Source of the DNA: Bacteroidota bacterium
GTDB taxonomy: Bacteria; Bacteroidota; Bacteroidia; Chitinophagales; Saprospiraceae
Reading direction: 5' to 3'
NCBI GenBank assembly: GCA_963169455.1
Contig: CAUJDW010000044.1
Location: forward strand, 1,244 to 65,243
DNA length: 64,000 nt
The notes beneath the pieces are model-generated. The model saw only the letters and a program-made list of their open reading frames with translations. It was not told the DNA's origin and ran no database searches. Shown in pieces: positions 11,329-20,633 of this stretch. The position numbers and the translations under genes are program-made. Numbering within the stretch: the first letter of the stretch is position 1; the number at the start of each line of letters is the position of its first letter.

Positions 11329-11904
11329 ATGAACGGACAAACCATCCATATCCGCAACATGGTCTGCCAGCGCTGCGTGCTGGCCGTGGAGGGCATTTTG
11401 AAAGAACTGGGTATTGCTTACCACAATGTATCCGTGGGAGAAGCACAGCTCTGCCGGGAAATTTCCCCTCCGCAGGAACAAGCCCTCTCCGCGAAACTTC
11501 AGCAGATCGGGCTGGAACTGATCGACAACCGCCGCTCGGGGCTCATCGAGAAAGCCAAACAGCTCATCCTGCTGAAGGCGCGCAACGAGGCGCCGGAAGC
11601 ACAGCAAGCCCTGAAGTTATCCGCTTACCTTACCGACAACCTCCACCTCGATTACACCTACCTCAGCAGCCTGTTCTCTTCCGTCGAAGGCCGCACCATC
11701 GAAAATTACTTCATCCTGCAGCGCATCGAAAAAGCCAAGGAGTTGCTCGCCTACGAACAACACACCCTCTCCGAAATTGCCTGGGAACTGGGCTACAGCA
11801 GCACGGCCCACCTCTCCAACCAGTTCCGAAAAGTGACCGGGCTGACGCCAACCCACTTCCGGAAAATCGGCCTGGCCCGGCGGCGGCCGCTGGATGAGGT
11901 TTGA
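11329..11904 (+). CDS. AraC-family transcriptional regulator with an N-terminal heavy-metal-associated (HMA) domain
   Basis: The N-terminus IHIRNMVCQRCVLAVEGILKELG carries the MxCxxC motif in an HMA-like context. The C-terminal AraC HTH reads LSEIAWELGYSSTAHLSNQFRKVTGLTPTHFR. Confidence 0.85.
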   Translation: MNGQTIHIRNMVCQRCVLAVEGILKELGIAYHNVSVGEAQLCREISPPQEQALSAKLQQIGLELIDNRRSGLIEKAKQLILLKARNEAPEAQQALKLSAYLTDNLHLDYTYLSSLFSSVEGRTIENYFILQRIEKAKELLAYEQHTLSEIAWELGYSSTAHLSNQFRKVTGLTPTHFRKIGLARRRPLDEV

Positions 11905-12119
11905 CTGCTTTGCAAAAAATGTTTTTAGATAGTAATACTTTCTTTATATCTCCTTGCTGTTTTTTTCTCCTTTTGCCATTCGGAGGCTTTTTTCCCTGTA
12001 ATTGGTTTATTTTACTATGAAACAGGCGGTTTTGTGAACCAATGTCCGCCGAAAATGTTTTTGATAGTAAAACTATCTTCTTGGAAAGAGGTTTTACCGA
12101 TCCGACAAACCGCAATGCT

Positions 12120-12914
12120 ATGAATACAAAATCAATAATGCGCTTTTTCATACCGGCCTCTATTATCATGGCTGCTGTGCTGGCTGTCGCACAACCGGCA
12201 GTTGCACAGCAGCCTCAGCTCGGTATGTTTCAATCCAGGGTAAGCGACAATCCCATTCTTGCCGGCGACGGCATCATGCGGCACCTCATACTTGGGGACA
12301 ACCTCATGGCGCAGGGCCGCACGGAGAACGCCATTCTGGCCTACGACAACGCCATCGCCCAGAACCCTTACTTCGCCGAAGCCTACATCAAACGCGCCAT
12401 CGCCAAATACCGCCTGGGCCGTATGACGGAAGCGCAGGAGGACTATCGCTTCGCCACCCGCATCAATCCAACCGTAGGCGACCTGTATGGCTTTGGCAAC
12501 AGCCTGCGCAAACTGAAAGTCCTGGCCTTCGAACCCTATGATTTGATCGGGCAGGAGGCAGAGGAAAGGGAAAATGAATGGCTCAGGCGAGGCATCAACC
12601 GCAAACTGGAGGGCGACATCCTGGGCGCACTGGCAGATTTCGAAACAGCTATGGCCGAGGAAGCAGCGCCGGATCCCGGCTTGTATAAACTGCGCGGCAA
12701 TACCTTCCTGCTCCTGGGCAACTACCTGGCAGCAGAAATGGATTACACCACCGCCATCAGGTTGCAGCCCGATTTTGCCGAAGCTTATTACAACCGCGGC
12801 ATCGCCCGAATTCTCAGCTACAACCGCCCCGACGCCTGCGACGATTTCGAACAGAGCGCCCGCATGGGCTACAGCAGGGGCCTGGAGCAAATGCAGTACC
12901 TGTGTTCCTATTGA
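12120..12914 (+). CDS. TPR-repeat protein with signal peptide
   Basis: Signal MNTKSIMRFFIPASIIMAAVLAVAQPAVAQQ. TPR units include AILAYDNAIAQNPYFAEAYIKRA and TTAIRLQPDFAEAYYNRGIA. Confidence 0.8.
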   Translation: MNTKSIMRFFIPASIIMAAVLAVAQPAVAQQPQLGMFQSRVSDNPILAGDGIMRHLILGDNLMAQGRTENAILAYDNAIAQNPYFAEAYIKRAIAKYRLGRMTEAQEDYRFATRINPTVGDLYGFGNSLRKLKVLAFEPYDLIGQEAEERENEWLRRGINRKLEGDILGALADFETAMAEEAAPDPGLYKLRGNTFLLLGNYLAAEMDYTTAIRLQPDFAEAYYNRGIARILSYNRPDACDDFEQSARMGYSRGLEQMQYLCSY

Positions 12915-13009
12915 CACTCAGCCTTAATCAGGGGCTATCCGCCAGTCCGGGGTAATCCTGGATTGACAGCCTCATAACCAAAATGATTTATAATTTAAAT
13001 TAATGTGCT

Positions 13010-13825
13010 ATGAAGAAGTTATTGTTTTCCGGAGCCTGGCTCCTGCTGGGCAGCATGTTACTCAGCAGTTGTGCCGTCGTCCAGCAGGGCGAAGTGGGCG
13101 TGAAGCGCACATTGGGCAAGTATTCCGACCGCCCTTACACGGAAGGCCTGCGGGTGTTCAACCCCTTTACCTCTACCATCGTCAAAGTACCTGTTCAGAC
13201 CGCGAATATGGAAGTTGGCCTGAACCTGCCTTCCAAAGAAGGCCTGAACATCCGGGCTGAAATTTCCATCCTGTACAACATTCAGTCCAGCAAAGCCCCT
13301 GCCATCCTGCGCTCCATCGGCCCGGATTACGAAGAAAACGTAATACTGCCGGTCTTCCGCTCGGCCGTTGCCGATGTTTCCGCCCGCTTCTTCGCCAAGG
13401 ACATGCACACCGGCGAACGCGCCACCATCGAAACGGCGATCCGCAATCAGATGGCTGCTATCCTCAACGAGCGGGGCATCAATGTGGAAGCGGTGCTCAT
13501 CAAGAGCATACAGTTGCCCGCCAACCTGGCCCGGGCCATCGAAGAAAAACTGGAGGCCGAACAAAGCGCCCTGCGCATGGAGTTCGTCCTGGATGAGGCC
13601 CGCCGTGAGGCGGAGCGCAAACGCATCGAAGCAGAGGGGGTTCGCGACGCCCAGAATATTATCTCCCAGGGCCTCGACCCCCGCATCCTGCAGTTCAAGT
13701 CTATCGAGGCTTTCCTCGAACTGGCCAAATCTCCCAACACCAAAGTCATCATTTCGGACGGTGACATGCCTATGCTGATCACTCCGGAGGGGCCCGCCCC
13801 CACCAACACGGGGCTCAGGCAGTAG
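13010..13825 (+). CDS. SPFH/band-7 (prohibitin-family) lipoprotein
   Basis: Lipobox LLSSC. The SPFH core reads EGLNIRAEISILYNI...ILPVFRSAVADVSARF, followed by a coiled EAEQ-rich tail. Confidence 0.88.
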   Translation: MKKLLFSGAWLLLGSMLLSSCAVVQQGEVGVKRTLGKYSDRPYTEGLRVFNPFTSTIVKVPVQTANMEVGLNLPSKEGLNIRAEISILYNIQSSKAPAILRSIGPDYEENVILPVFRSAVADVSARFFAKDMHTGERATIETAIRNQMAAILNERGINVEAVLIKSIQLPANLARAIEEKLEAEQSALRMEFVLDEARREAERKRIEAEGVRDAQNIISQGLDPRILQFKSIEAFLELAKSPNTKVIISDGDMPMLITPEGPAPTNTGLRQ

Positions 13826-13863
13826 GATTTTCCTTCATTACAGATCAATAGGTTCGTATCAGC

Positions 13864-13898
13864 AGGCGCCGGGCAACATTTCCGGCGCCTTTTTGTTT
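13864..13898 (+). terminator. Rho-independent terminator
   Basis: AGGCGCCGG-loop-CCGGCGCCT followed by TTTTGTTTT. Confidence 0.7.
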
Positions 13899-14017
13899 TA
13901 TTCACCAACTTCTCATGCAGCGTATGCACATGGCTGCGGGAAAGCCACAGGCCCGCGTCCCGGATCGCTTCAAATTCTCCTCAATATTCCGGCTTATATT
14001 TGTTTTAAAAAATTTTC

Positions 14018-14908
14018 ATGATGAAAAAAGTAAAAAAGGAAGAGATCAGCCCGGAAGTCTTCGGCCTCTATGACGACTATGTCCACAACAGGATTGACAG
14101 AAGGTTGTTCCTCGACAGGTTATCCAAATACGCCATTGGCGGCATAACCCTCCCCGCCCTGCTCAAATTTCTGATGCCGGATTATACCGGCAAAATCCAG
14201 GTTCGGGCAGGCGACCCCCGGTTGAAGTCGGAGTACATCTTTTATGAATCGCCGAAAGGCGGGGGTAAGATCCGCGGGCTGCTTTCCAGGCCGGCCGATA
14301 GCGCCACCCCGCTGCCGGGCATCGTTGTCGTGCATGAAAACCGGGGCCTGAACCCGCATATCGAAGACGTGGCGCGCAGAGCCGCCCTGGCCGGCTTTAT
14401 TTCTCTGGCGCCCGACGCGCTCACGCCTCTGGGGGGGTATCCCGGCAATGATGACGAAGGCCGGGAGTTGCAGCGCAAGCGCGATCGGGATGAAATGCTG
14501 GAAGATTTCATTGCCGCTTTCGCCCATTTGAAGGGGCATCCGGAATGCGACGGGCATGTCGGCGTCGTGGGGTTCTGTTTTGGAGGTTGGATATCGAATA
14601 TGATGGCGGTGCGCATCCCGGATCTTTCAGCAGCAGTCCCCTTTTACGGCGGGCAGCCGGCCGTGGAAGACGTTCCGAACATCAAAGCCCCGCTGCTGCT
14701 GCACTATGCGGCGCTCGATGAAAGGGTGAACGAAGGCTGGCCCGCCTATGAGGCGGCTTTAAAAGAGCACAATAAGGAATATACGGCATACATGTACCCC
14801 GATGTGCACCACGGCTTTCACAATGACACCACGCCCCGCTTCAACCAGGCCGCTGCCGGGCTGGCCTGGCAACGAACAGTAGATTTCTTCAAAGAAAAGC
14901 TGAAGTAA
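14018..14908 (+). CDS. Dienelactone hydrolase family protein
   Basis: DLH-type nucleophile elbow [10 protein letters not shown] and a conserved HHGF near the C-terminus. Confidence 0.88.
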   Translation: MMKKVKKEEISPEVFGLYDDYVHNRIDRRLFLDRLSKYAIGGITLPALLKFLMPDYTGKIQVRAGDPRLKSEYIFYESPKGGGKIRGLLSRPADSATPLPGIVVVHENRGLNPHIEDVARRAALAGFISLAPDALTPLGGYPGNDDEGRELQRKRDRDEMLEDFIAAFAHLKGHPECDGHVGVVGFCFGGWISNMMAVRIPDLSAAVPFYGGQPAVEDVPNIKAPLLLHYAALDERVNEGWPAYEAALKEHNKEYTAYMYPDVHHGFHNDTTPRFNQAAAGLAWQRTVDFFKEKLK

Positions 14909-14919
14909 AATACCTCTTT

Positions 14920-15486
14920 ATGAAATGCTTCCTCCCCGCCACGCCCCTGCTTTACGGGCTTGCCGTTTTGTTCTTCAGTTGTAATGCACAGCCGGAGGCC
15001 AACGGGCAGAACCAGAGCCCCGCGCCGGCCGTTACGGCCTGGCCTGAGCCCGACACCGTCCTCCAGGGCATCCCCGTATATGCAACCTTTGACAAAATTG
15101 AGCCTCTTTTCAGGTTACAGAATGACACCACCTACATCATCAACTTCTGGGCGACCTGGTGCGCGCCATGCGTAGCCGAACTGCCGTACTTCGATGAACT
15201 CGTCGACGCCTACCAGGGCCAAAAGGCCAGGGTCATCCTCGTTAGCCTGGATTTTCCGCGCCAGTTCGAAACCAAACTGGCGCCTTTCGTGCGGGAACGC
15301 CGCCTGAAACCTACGGTCGTGGCGCTGGCTGACGGGCGTTACAACGACTGGATCGACAAGGTTTCTCCGCAGTGGAGCGGGACAATCCCCGCTACCCTGG
15401 CCTACAAAGGCGGCAAATCGGCCTTCATCGGCAAATCCATTCACTCGGCGGAAGAAGTGCAGGCCCTTGTGGAAGGCTTACAATAA
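14920..15486 (+). CDS. TlpA-like thiol:disulfide oxidoreductase (thioredoxin fold)
   Basis: FWATWCAPCVAELPYF carries the CxxC motif. A signal peptide is present. Confidence 0.85.
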   Translation: MKCFLPATPLLYGLAVLFFSCNAQPEANGQNQSPAPAVTAWPEPDTVLQGIPVYATFDKIEPLFRLQNDTTYIINFWATWCAPCVAELPYFDELVDAYQGQKARVILVSLDFPRQFETKLAPFVRERRLKPTVVALADGRYNDWIDKVSPQWSGTIPATLAYKGGKSAFIGKSIHSAEEVQALVEGLQ

Positions 15487-15526
15487 GGCAATCTGATCAA
15501 TTTTGTTCCATAAAATCACCAGAATC

Positions 15527-16195
15527 ATGAAGTATTACATGCTAATCCTCTTTCTCGCGCTGTCTGTCTCGCTTATGGCCTGCAACGACGGCGCCCCGGC
15601 ATCTCAGGCCGGCGCGGAAACCTCCGCTCAGCCGGCAGCCCAGGCCGCTTATGGCATCGGCATTGGCGACAAGGCGCCCGATTTCGAGTTGAAGAACGTG
15701 GATGGGGAAATGTATGCCCTGTCCTCCATTACGGATGCCAACGGCAACAAGCCGAAGGGTTATATCGTCATCTTTACCTGCAATACCTGCCCCTACGCCG
15801 TAGCCAATGAGCAGCGCATCATCGGCCTGCACAACAAGTACGCGCCCCAGGGATATCCCGTGGTGGCCGTGCAGCCCAACGACCCGGCCGTTCAGCCCGG
15901 CGACAGCTTCGCGGCCATGCAGAAGCGGGCGAAGGAAAAGGGCTATCCCTTCCTCTACCTCTTCGACGAGGGCCAGAAAGTTTTCCCGCAGTACGGCGCT
16001 ACCCGCACCCCGGAAGTCTTCCTGCTGGACAACGGCCTCACCCTCCGCTACCACGGCGCTATTGACGACAGCCCCCGCGACGAAGAGGGCGTTCAGGAGA
16101 AATTTCTGGAAAAGGCCATAGAGGCCATGGAAAATGGCGGGAACCCAAGCCCCGCTACGACCAAAGCCGTAGGCTGCGGCATTAAAACGGCTTAA
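15527..16195 (+). CDS. Thioredoxin-fold (redoxin-like) lipoprotein
   Basis: Signal MKYYMLILFLALSVSLMAC. Motif FTCNTCPYAV (CxxC) and TPEVFLLD. The ORF-track start 15503 is TTG, so ATG 15527 is preferred. Confidence 0.85.
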   Translation: MKYYMLILFLALSVSLMACNDGAPASQAGAETSAQPAAQAAYGIGIGDKAPDFELKNVDGEMYALSSITDANGNKPKGYIVIFTCNTCPYAVANEQRIIGLHNKYAPQGYPVVAVQPNDPAVQPGDSFAAMQKRAKEKGYPFLYLFDEGQKVFPQYGATRTPEVFLLDNGLTLRYHGAIDDSPRDEEGVQEKFLEKAIEAMENGGNPSPATTKAVGCGIKTA

Positions 16196-16211
16196 TATTC
16201 ATAGTTTCACG

Positions 16212-16252
16212 GTTTCACTGCCGGCAAAGTAAAGGCAAACCGGCAGTGAAAC
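16212..16252. terminator. Hairpin between convergent genes (13-bp perfect stem)
   Basis: GTTTCACTGCCGG-15 nt-CCGGCAGTGAAAC. There is no clear U-tract on either side. Confidence 0.45.
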
Positions 16253-16275
16253 ACTGGAACAATACCCTCCTCCAA

Positions 16276-19200
16276 TCACTCTCCCGCCAGTGGAATGATA
16301 ATGGCCGGCACCTGCTGCTCCTTGTAGAGCCGGTTGAATGCGGCAATGTCTTCATCGACGATCTGCTGCATCTGCGCCTTGAACTGAGACCACTGGCCCA
16401 TCAGTACTTCCAGGCGTTCGGAAGCGCCTTTCGTCAGGCGCGGGTCGTAGTTGTCGATGCGTTGTTTGAGGTCGAGCATTTCGGCGTATAACCTGTTGGG
16501 GAAGTTGATCACATCCTGATGAGTTTGCTGCTTCGGCTGAATGAGCCTTTCCTCCCAATTGTCGATGCGCCCCACGATGGACTCGCCGGCCTTCAGCAGT
16601 TCCTGAGTGCATTCCATCTTCTTCAGGGTAGCTTGGAGGTTCTTCACCTGCTGGCGCACATCGCGCATCCTCCGGGCTGTCTGCTGAATGTCACGCACGG
16701 TGGATTCGATGCTGTACAGGGCTTCCTGCTGGGCCTGGTAATCTTCGGGCGAAGCCTGGAGCCGCGGGTCCGGAAGCAGGGTGAATCCCTGGGTAAGCAT
16801 CCCCTTCGGATGTTTCAGTTTGATCAGGTATTCGCCCGGCGCCGCCAACCCGCCTTCATAGTTGCCCATGATAAAAACGCCGGGAATGCCGGGCAGCCCT
16901 TCCCGCCGGAAATCCCAGTGGAAGCGGTTCAGCCCCTTCCGGGAGGGGAGTAGGAGAGGCTCCCCCGGGCCCCCTTCATATTTTTCAAAACCATCCCCGG
17001 GCTGATTGCTGTAGGAGCGGAGCAAACCGCCGAAGCTGTCGAATATCTGAAGTTCCAGCAACGCACTGTCCAGCGCTTCCGGGAGATAGTAGTAAATGCC
17101 GATGCCATCCGGTGGGTTTTGCCCCAGGCCCTGAACCGGCTCGCCTGATTCGGGGGTGGCGGAAGAAAAGCGGACGGCGGGCCGGGGTTCGAACAAAAGC
17201 GGCGCGCCTCCCAGCCTGCCCCCGCTCTGCTGCAGCGGCTCCAGGCCATCCAGTATCCAGAAAGAACGCCCCGAGGTAGCTGCTACCAGGCTGTTATCAT
17301 GGACGGCGAGGTCGGTGATCGGGCAGACAGGCAGGTTGAGTTGCATAGGATCCCAGTGCTGCCCGTAGTTGAAGGAAATATAAAAACCCGTTTCCGCCCC
17401 TGCATACAGCAAACCCGGCCGGACAGGGTCCTCCCGGATGACGCGCAGGAATGCCTCTGCGCCGATCCCTTCCGTAATTCGCTGCCAGTCCTTTCCATAA
17501 TTTTTTGTGTAGAAAGCCAGAGGGCTCAGGTCATTGAACTTATAGCGGTATGCTACCAAATAGGCCGATGCAGGGTCGTGGGGCGATACCTCGATGCAGT
17601 TGATGAAGCTTTCTCCCAAATCCGGGGGCGTGACGTTTTCCCAGTGTTTCCCATCATCGCGGGTCAGGTGTACCAGCCCATCGTCGGAGCCGGCCCATAT
17701 CACGCCTGCCTGATGCGGCGAGCAGGCCAGGTAGCTGATGGTGTTGTAATGCTCTCCGCCGGCGCCTTCATTGGTGTACGGGCCTCCTCCCGGGCCCTGC
17801 TTCTCCGGCTCATTGCGGGTGAGGTCGGGGCTGACGGGCCGCCAGTTGAAACCTCCGTCATCCGACCTCAGCACGACATTGGCGGCGTGGTATAACACCC
17901 CGGGGTTTTGTGGCTGCGCAACGAGCGGCGCATTCCAGTTGAAGCGGTATTTCAGGTCCCGGGGTGCTTTGCCCAGGCTCAGGCTGGGGTAGGCCATTAT
18001 GTCTTTTATCATGTCTGTGCGGTGGTCGTACACACTTAATTCACCCTGGTATTCGCCCCCGTACACCAGGGTGGGGTCGTCGGGGTTCAGGGCGATGAAG
18101 GCGCTTTCGCCGCCGGCGACGGGGCGCCAGTCCTGGGCGCCGATGCCGGCCTTGTGCGTGCGGCTGGGAATGGCGACGGTGGTATTGTCCTGCTGCCCGC
18201 CATAAATATAAAAGGGGAAACGGTTGTCGGTGATGAGCCGGTAAAACTGGGCCGTGGGCTGGTTGCCCTGCGTCGACCAGCTTTTGCCGCCATTGAATGT
18301 TATGGTGGCGCCGCCGTCATTGCCCAGGATCATGGTTTCGGGCTGCCGGGGGTTTATCCACAGGGCATGCTGGTCGGAGTGCGGGTTGGGGATGTTGGTG
18401 AATGTTTTGCCCCCGTCCGTCGATTTCAGCAAAGGGGCATTGAGTACATACACGGTTTCTTCGTCCAGCGGGTCGGCCACGATTTCGATGTAATACCAGG
18501 CCCGCGCAACCGTTATGCGCTGGTTGTTGGTTTGTATCCAGTTTTTTCCGCCGTCGTCGGAGCGGAAAACGCCGCCCGTTTCCGCCTCGATATTGGCATA
18601 CACGCGGTTCGGGTTGGCGGGAGAAACGCAAATATCCACTTTGCCCATGGCCGCTGGCAGCCCGTTGACGAGCTTTTCCCAGTTCAGCCCCCCATCGGTG
18701 GATTTATACAGCCCGGAGCCAGGCCCCCCGCTTCGGATAGCCCAGGGAAGCCGCTGATGGTCCCACATGCCCGCATACAGAATGCGCGGGTTGTGAGGGT
18801 CGATGCTCAGGCTGCTGGCTCCGGTGTTCGGGCCGATGTACAGGCATTTCTGCCAGCTTTGCCCCCCGTCGAGGCTGCGGTAAACGCCCCTGCTCTCGCT
18901 GGGGCCGAATGCCGCGCCCTGGGCTGCGACATAGACGATGTCGGGGTTCCAGGGGTGTACCTGTATGGCAGCGATGTGGCGCGTGTCGGCCAGGCCCAGG
19001 TACTGCCAGGCCTTGCCGCCATCCAGCGATTTATAGACGCCGTCGCCATGAGAGCTCATTACGCCCCGGACGGGATGTTCGCCCATGCCGGCATAAAGGA
19101 CATTGGGGTCGGAAGGGGCGATGGCAATAGCACCGACGGAACCCGTCTGGAAATAGCCGTCCGAGATGTTGAACCAGTTCAGGCCGGCATCCTCGGTTTT

Positions 19201-19416
19201 CCAGATGCCGCCGCCGGTAGTGCCCATGTAGTAGGTGAAGGGGTCGGAGGGATGCCCGGCAACGGCCACGCAGCGGCCGCCGCGGAAGGGCCCGACATTC
19301 CGCCATTGCATACCCTGAAATAGCCCTTCCTCCAGGAAGTGTTGGCCGTTTGCGCAGGCAGGGAAGGCAAAATTGGCCAGGAAAAGCGCCGCCACCCAGA
19401 AAATTGGATGTTTCAT
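16276..19416 (-). CDS. BNR/Asp-box repeat protein (sortilin/VPS10- or Xgh74-like double beta-propeller), secreted
   Basis: About 10 Asp-box motifs (SLDGGKAW, SLDGGQSW, STDGGLNW, SDDGGKNW, STDGGKTF, SDDGGFNW and others). Signal MKHPIFWVAALFLANFAFPACA starts at ATG 19416. Confidence 0.85.
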   Translation of the reverse strand: MKHPIFWVAALFLANFAFPACANGQHFLEEGLFQGMQWRNVGPFRGGRCVAVAGHPSDPFTYYMGTTGGGIWKTEDAGLNWFNISDGYFQTGSVGAIAIAPSDPNVLYAGMGEHPVRGVMSSHGDGVYKSLDGGKAWQYLGLADTRHIAAIQVHPWNPDIVYVAAQGAAFGPSESRGVYRSLDGGQSWQKCLYIGPNTGASSLSIDPHNPRILYAGMWDHQRLPWAIRSGGPGSGLYKSTDGGLNWEKLVNGLPAAMGKVDICVSPANPNRVYANIEAETGGVFRSDDGGKNWIQTNNQRITVARAWYYIEIVADPLDEETVYVLNAPLLKSTDGGKTFTNIPNPHSDQHALWINPRQPETMILGNDGGATITFNGGKSWSTQGNQPTAQFYRLITDNRFPFYIYGGQQDNTTVAIPSRTHKAGIGAQDWRPVAGGESAFIALNPDDPTLVYGGEYQGELSVYDHRTDMIKDIMAYPSLSLGKAPRDLKYRFNWNAPLVAQPQNPGVLYHAANVVLRSDDGGFNWRPVSPDLTRNEPEKQGPGGGPYTNEGAGGEHYNTISYLACSPHQAGVIWAGSDDGLVHLTRDDGKHWENVTPPDLGESFINCIEVSPHDPASAYLVAYRYKFNDLSPLAFYTKNYGKDWQRITEGIGAEAFLRVIREDPVRPGLLYAGAETGFYISFNYGQHWDPMQLNLPVCPITDLAVHDNSLVAATSGRSFWILDGLEPLQQSGGRLGGAPLLFEPRPAVRFSSATPESGEPVQGLGQNPPDGIGIYYYLPEALDSALLELQIFDSFGGLLRSYSNQPGDGFEKYEGGPGEPLLLPSRKGLNRFHWDFRREGLPGIPGVFIMGNYEGGLAAPGEYLIKLKHPKGMLTQGFTLLPDPRLQASPEDYQAQQEALYSIESTVRDIQQTARRMRDVRQQVKNLQATLKKMECTQELLKAGESIVGRIDNWEERLIQPKQQTHQDVINFPNRLYAEMLDLKQRIDNYDPRLTKGASERLEVLMGQWSQFKAQMQQIVDEDIAAFNRLYKEQQVPAIIIPLAGE

Positions 19417-19896
19417 CTTTCTTGCATTGAGGATGAATAGCCTGCGGGGGGTAGAGGCACGCTTTCCCGTAGATAGTTTTCTCACGTCCGGTATGTTTTG
19501 CGGGGAGCGCCTCCTGGCTGCCCGTAAGCGGCCGAAGGTTTTTTCTCCCTTTTTTTACATAGTGTTCGCCGCGCTAAAGATAGCAACAAAAACCTTTTTT
19601 TGTTCCTGTACGCGGAGCCGCTTGTGGAAAATGGGCCGGCGCCCGCCCGGTATGGCTGCCTCTTTAGGTTTTTTATACGGATGAAAAAAGGCAATGTTGC
19701 GGGAACTTCCTGGTATTCAATACATTTAATTACCCGCCCTGTTTTTCTCCGGATCGGCATTCCGGGCCAGGGGAGCAAGGAGGGCCCCCGGCGCCGCCCA
19801 GCGAGGTGCGCACTGGCTGGAGGCGAACCTGTGGCCCGGACAAGTCATGGGGTGGTTGAATTTCAAAAAAGCAGTATCAGCAAAAAAAGAGCCGTA

Positions 19897-20541
19897 TCAA
19901 ATGGGGAAGTTATTCTTCTCCGGGCCCTTAAGCACTCCCAGTTCCCGGAGTTCCTCTTCCAGCATTTCCGGCGATCGGAAGTGTATGGCGTGCAGCCCGA
20001 TTTCCCGGGCAGTAGCCACGTTATGGGCGTTGTCGTCGATGAAAGTGGCGCTTTGGGGTTGCACCTTATACCGGTTCAGCAGGGTGCGATAGATGCGCGG
20101 GTCCGGCTTGGCCAGTTTTTCTGCGCCCGAAACGACAATGCCTTCGAAGAGGTGCAGGAATGGGAAGCGTTCCAGCGCAACGGGGAAGGTTTCGTGGCTC
20201 CAGTTGGTCAGCGCGTAGAGGCGGTGGCTGCCCTGGCTGTGCAGCCGTTCCAGAATGTGCACCGTATCTTCAAGGGCCCCGCCAAGCATTTCCTCCCAGC
20301 GGCCGTAATAGGCCCGAATTTCCGCTTCATATTCGGGATGCCGTTCAAGGAGCCATTCGGTCGCCTCGGCCAGGGGGCGGCCGGCGTCTTGCTGCGCGTT
20401 CCATTCCGGCGTGCAGATCTCCCGGAAAAAGTAGTGCATCTCTTCTTCATCGTCGAATATCTTCCGGAACACGTACTCCGGGTTCCAGTCGATGAGCACG
20501 CCGCCGAGGTCGAAAATGATGGTATCGATGCTCCTGTTCAT
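19897..20541 (-). CDS. HAD-family hydrolase (YihX-like, FDLGGVL motif I)
   Basis: TIIFDLGGVLIDW, LTNWS and FIDDNAHNV correspond to HAD motifs I-IV. Confidence 0.88.
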   Translation of the reverse strand: MNRSIDTIIFDLGGVLIDWNPEYVFRKIFDDEEEMHYFFREICTPEWNAQQDAGRPLAEATEWLLERHPEYEAEIRAYYGRWEEMLGGALEDTVHILERLHSQGSHRLYALTNWSHETFPVALERFPFLHLFEGIVVSGAEKLAKPDPRIYRTLLNRYKVQPQSATFIDDNAHNVATAREIGLHAIHFRSPEMLEEELRELGVLKGPEKNNFPI

Positions 20542-20633
20542 ATCCGTTTTTTCTTTTTGTGCCTCACAAAAATAGAATATTTGCCCCTCCTTTTTTCCGG
20601 CAACTGCAAAACAGGTAATTTACGGCAACATCA

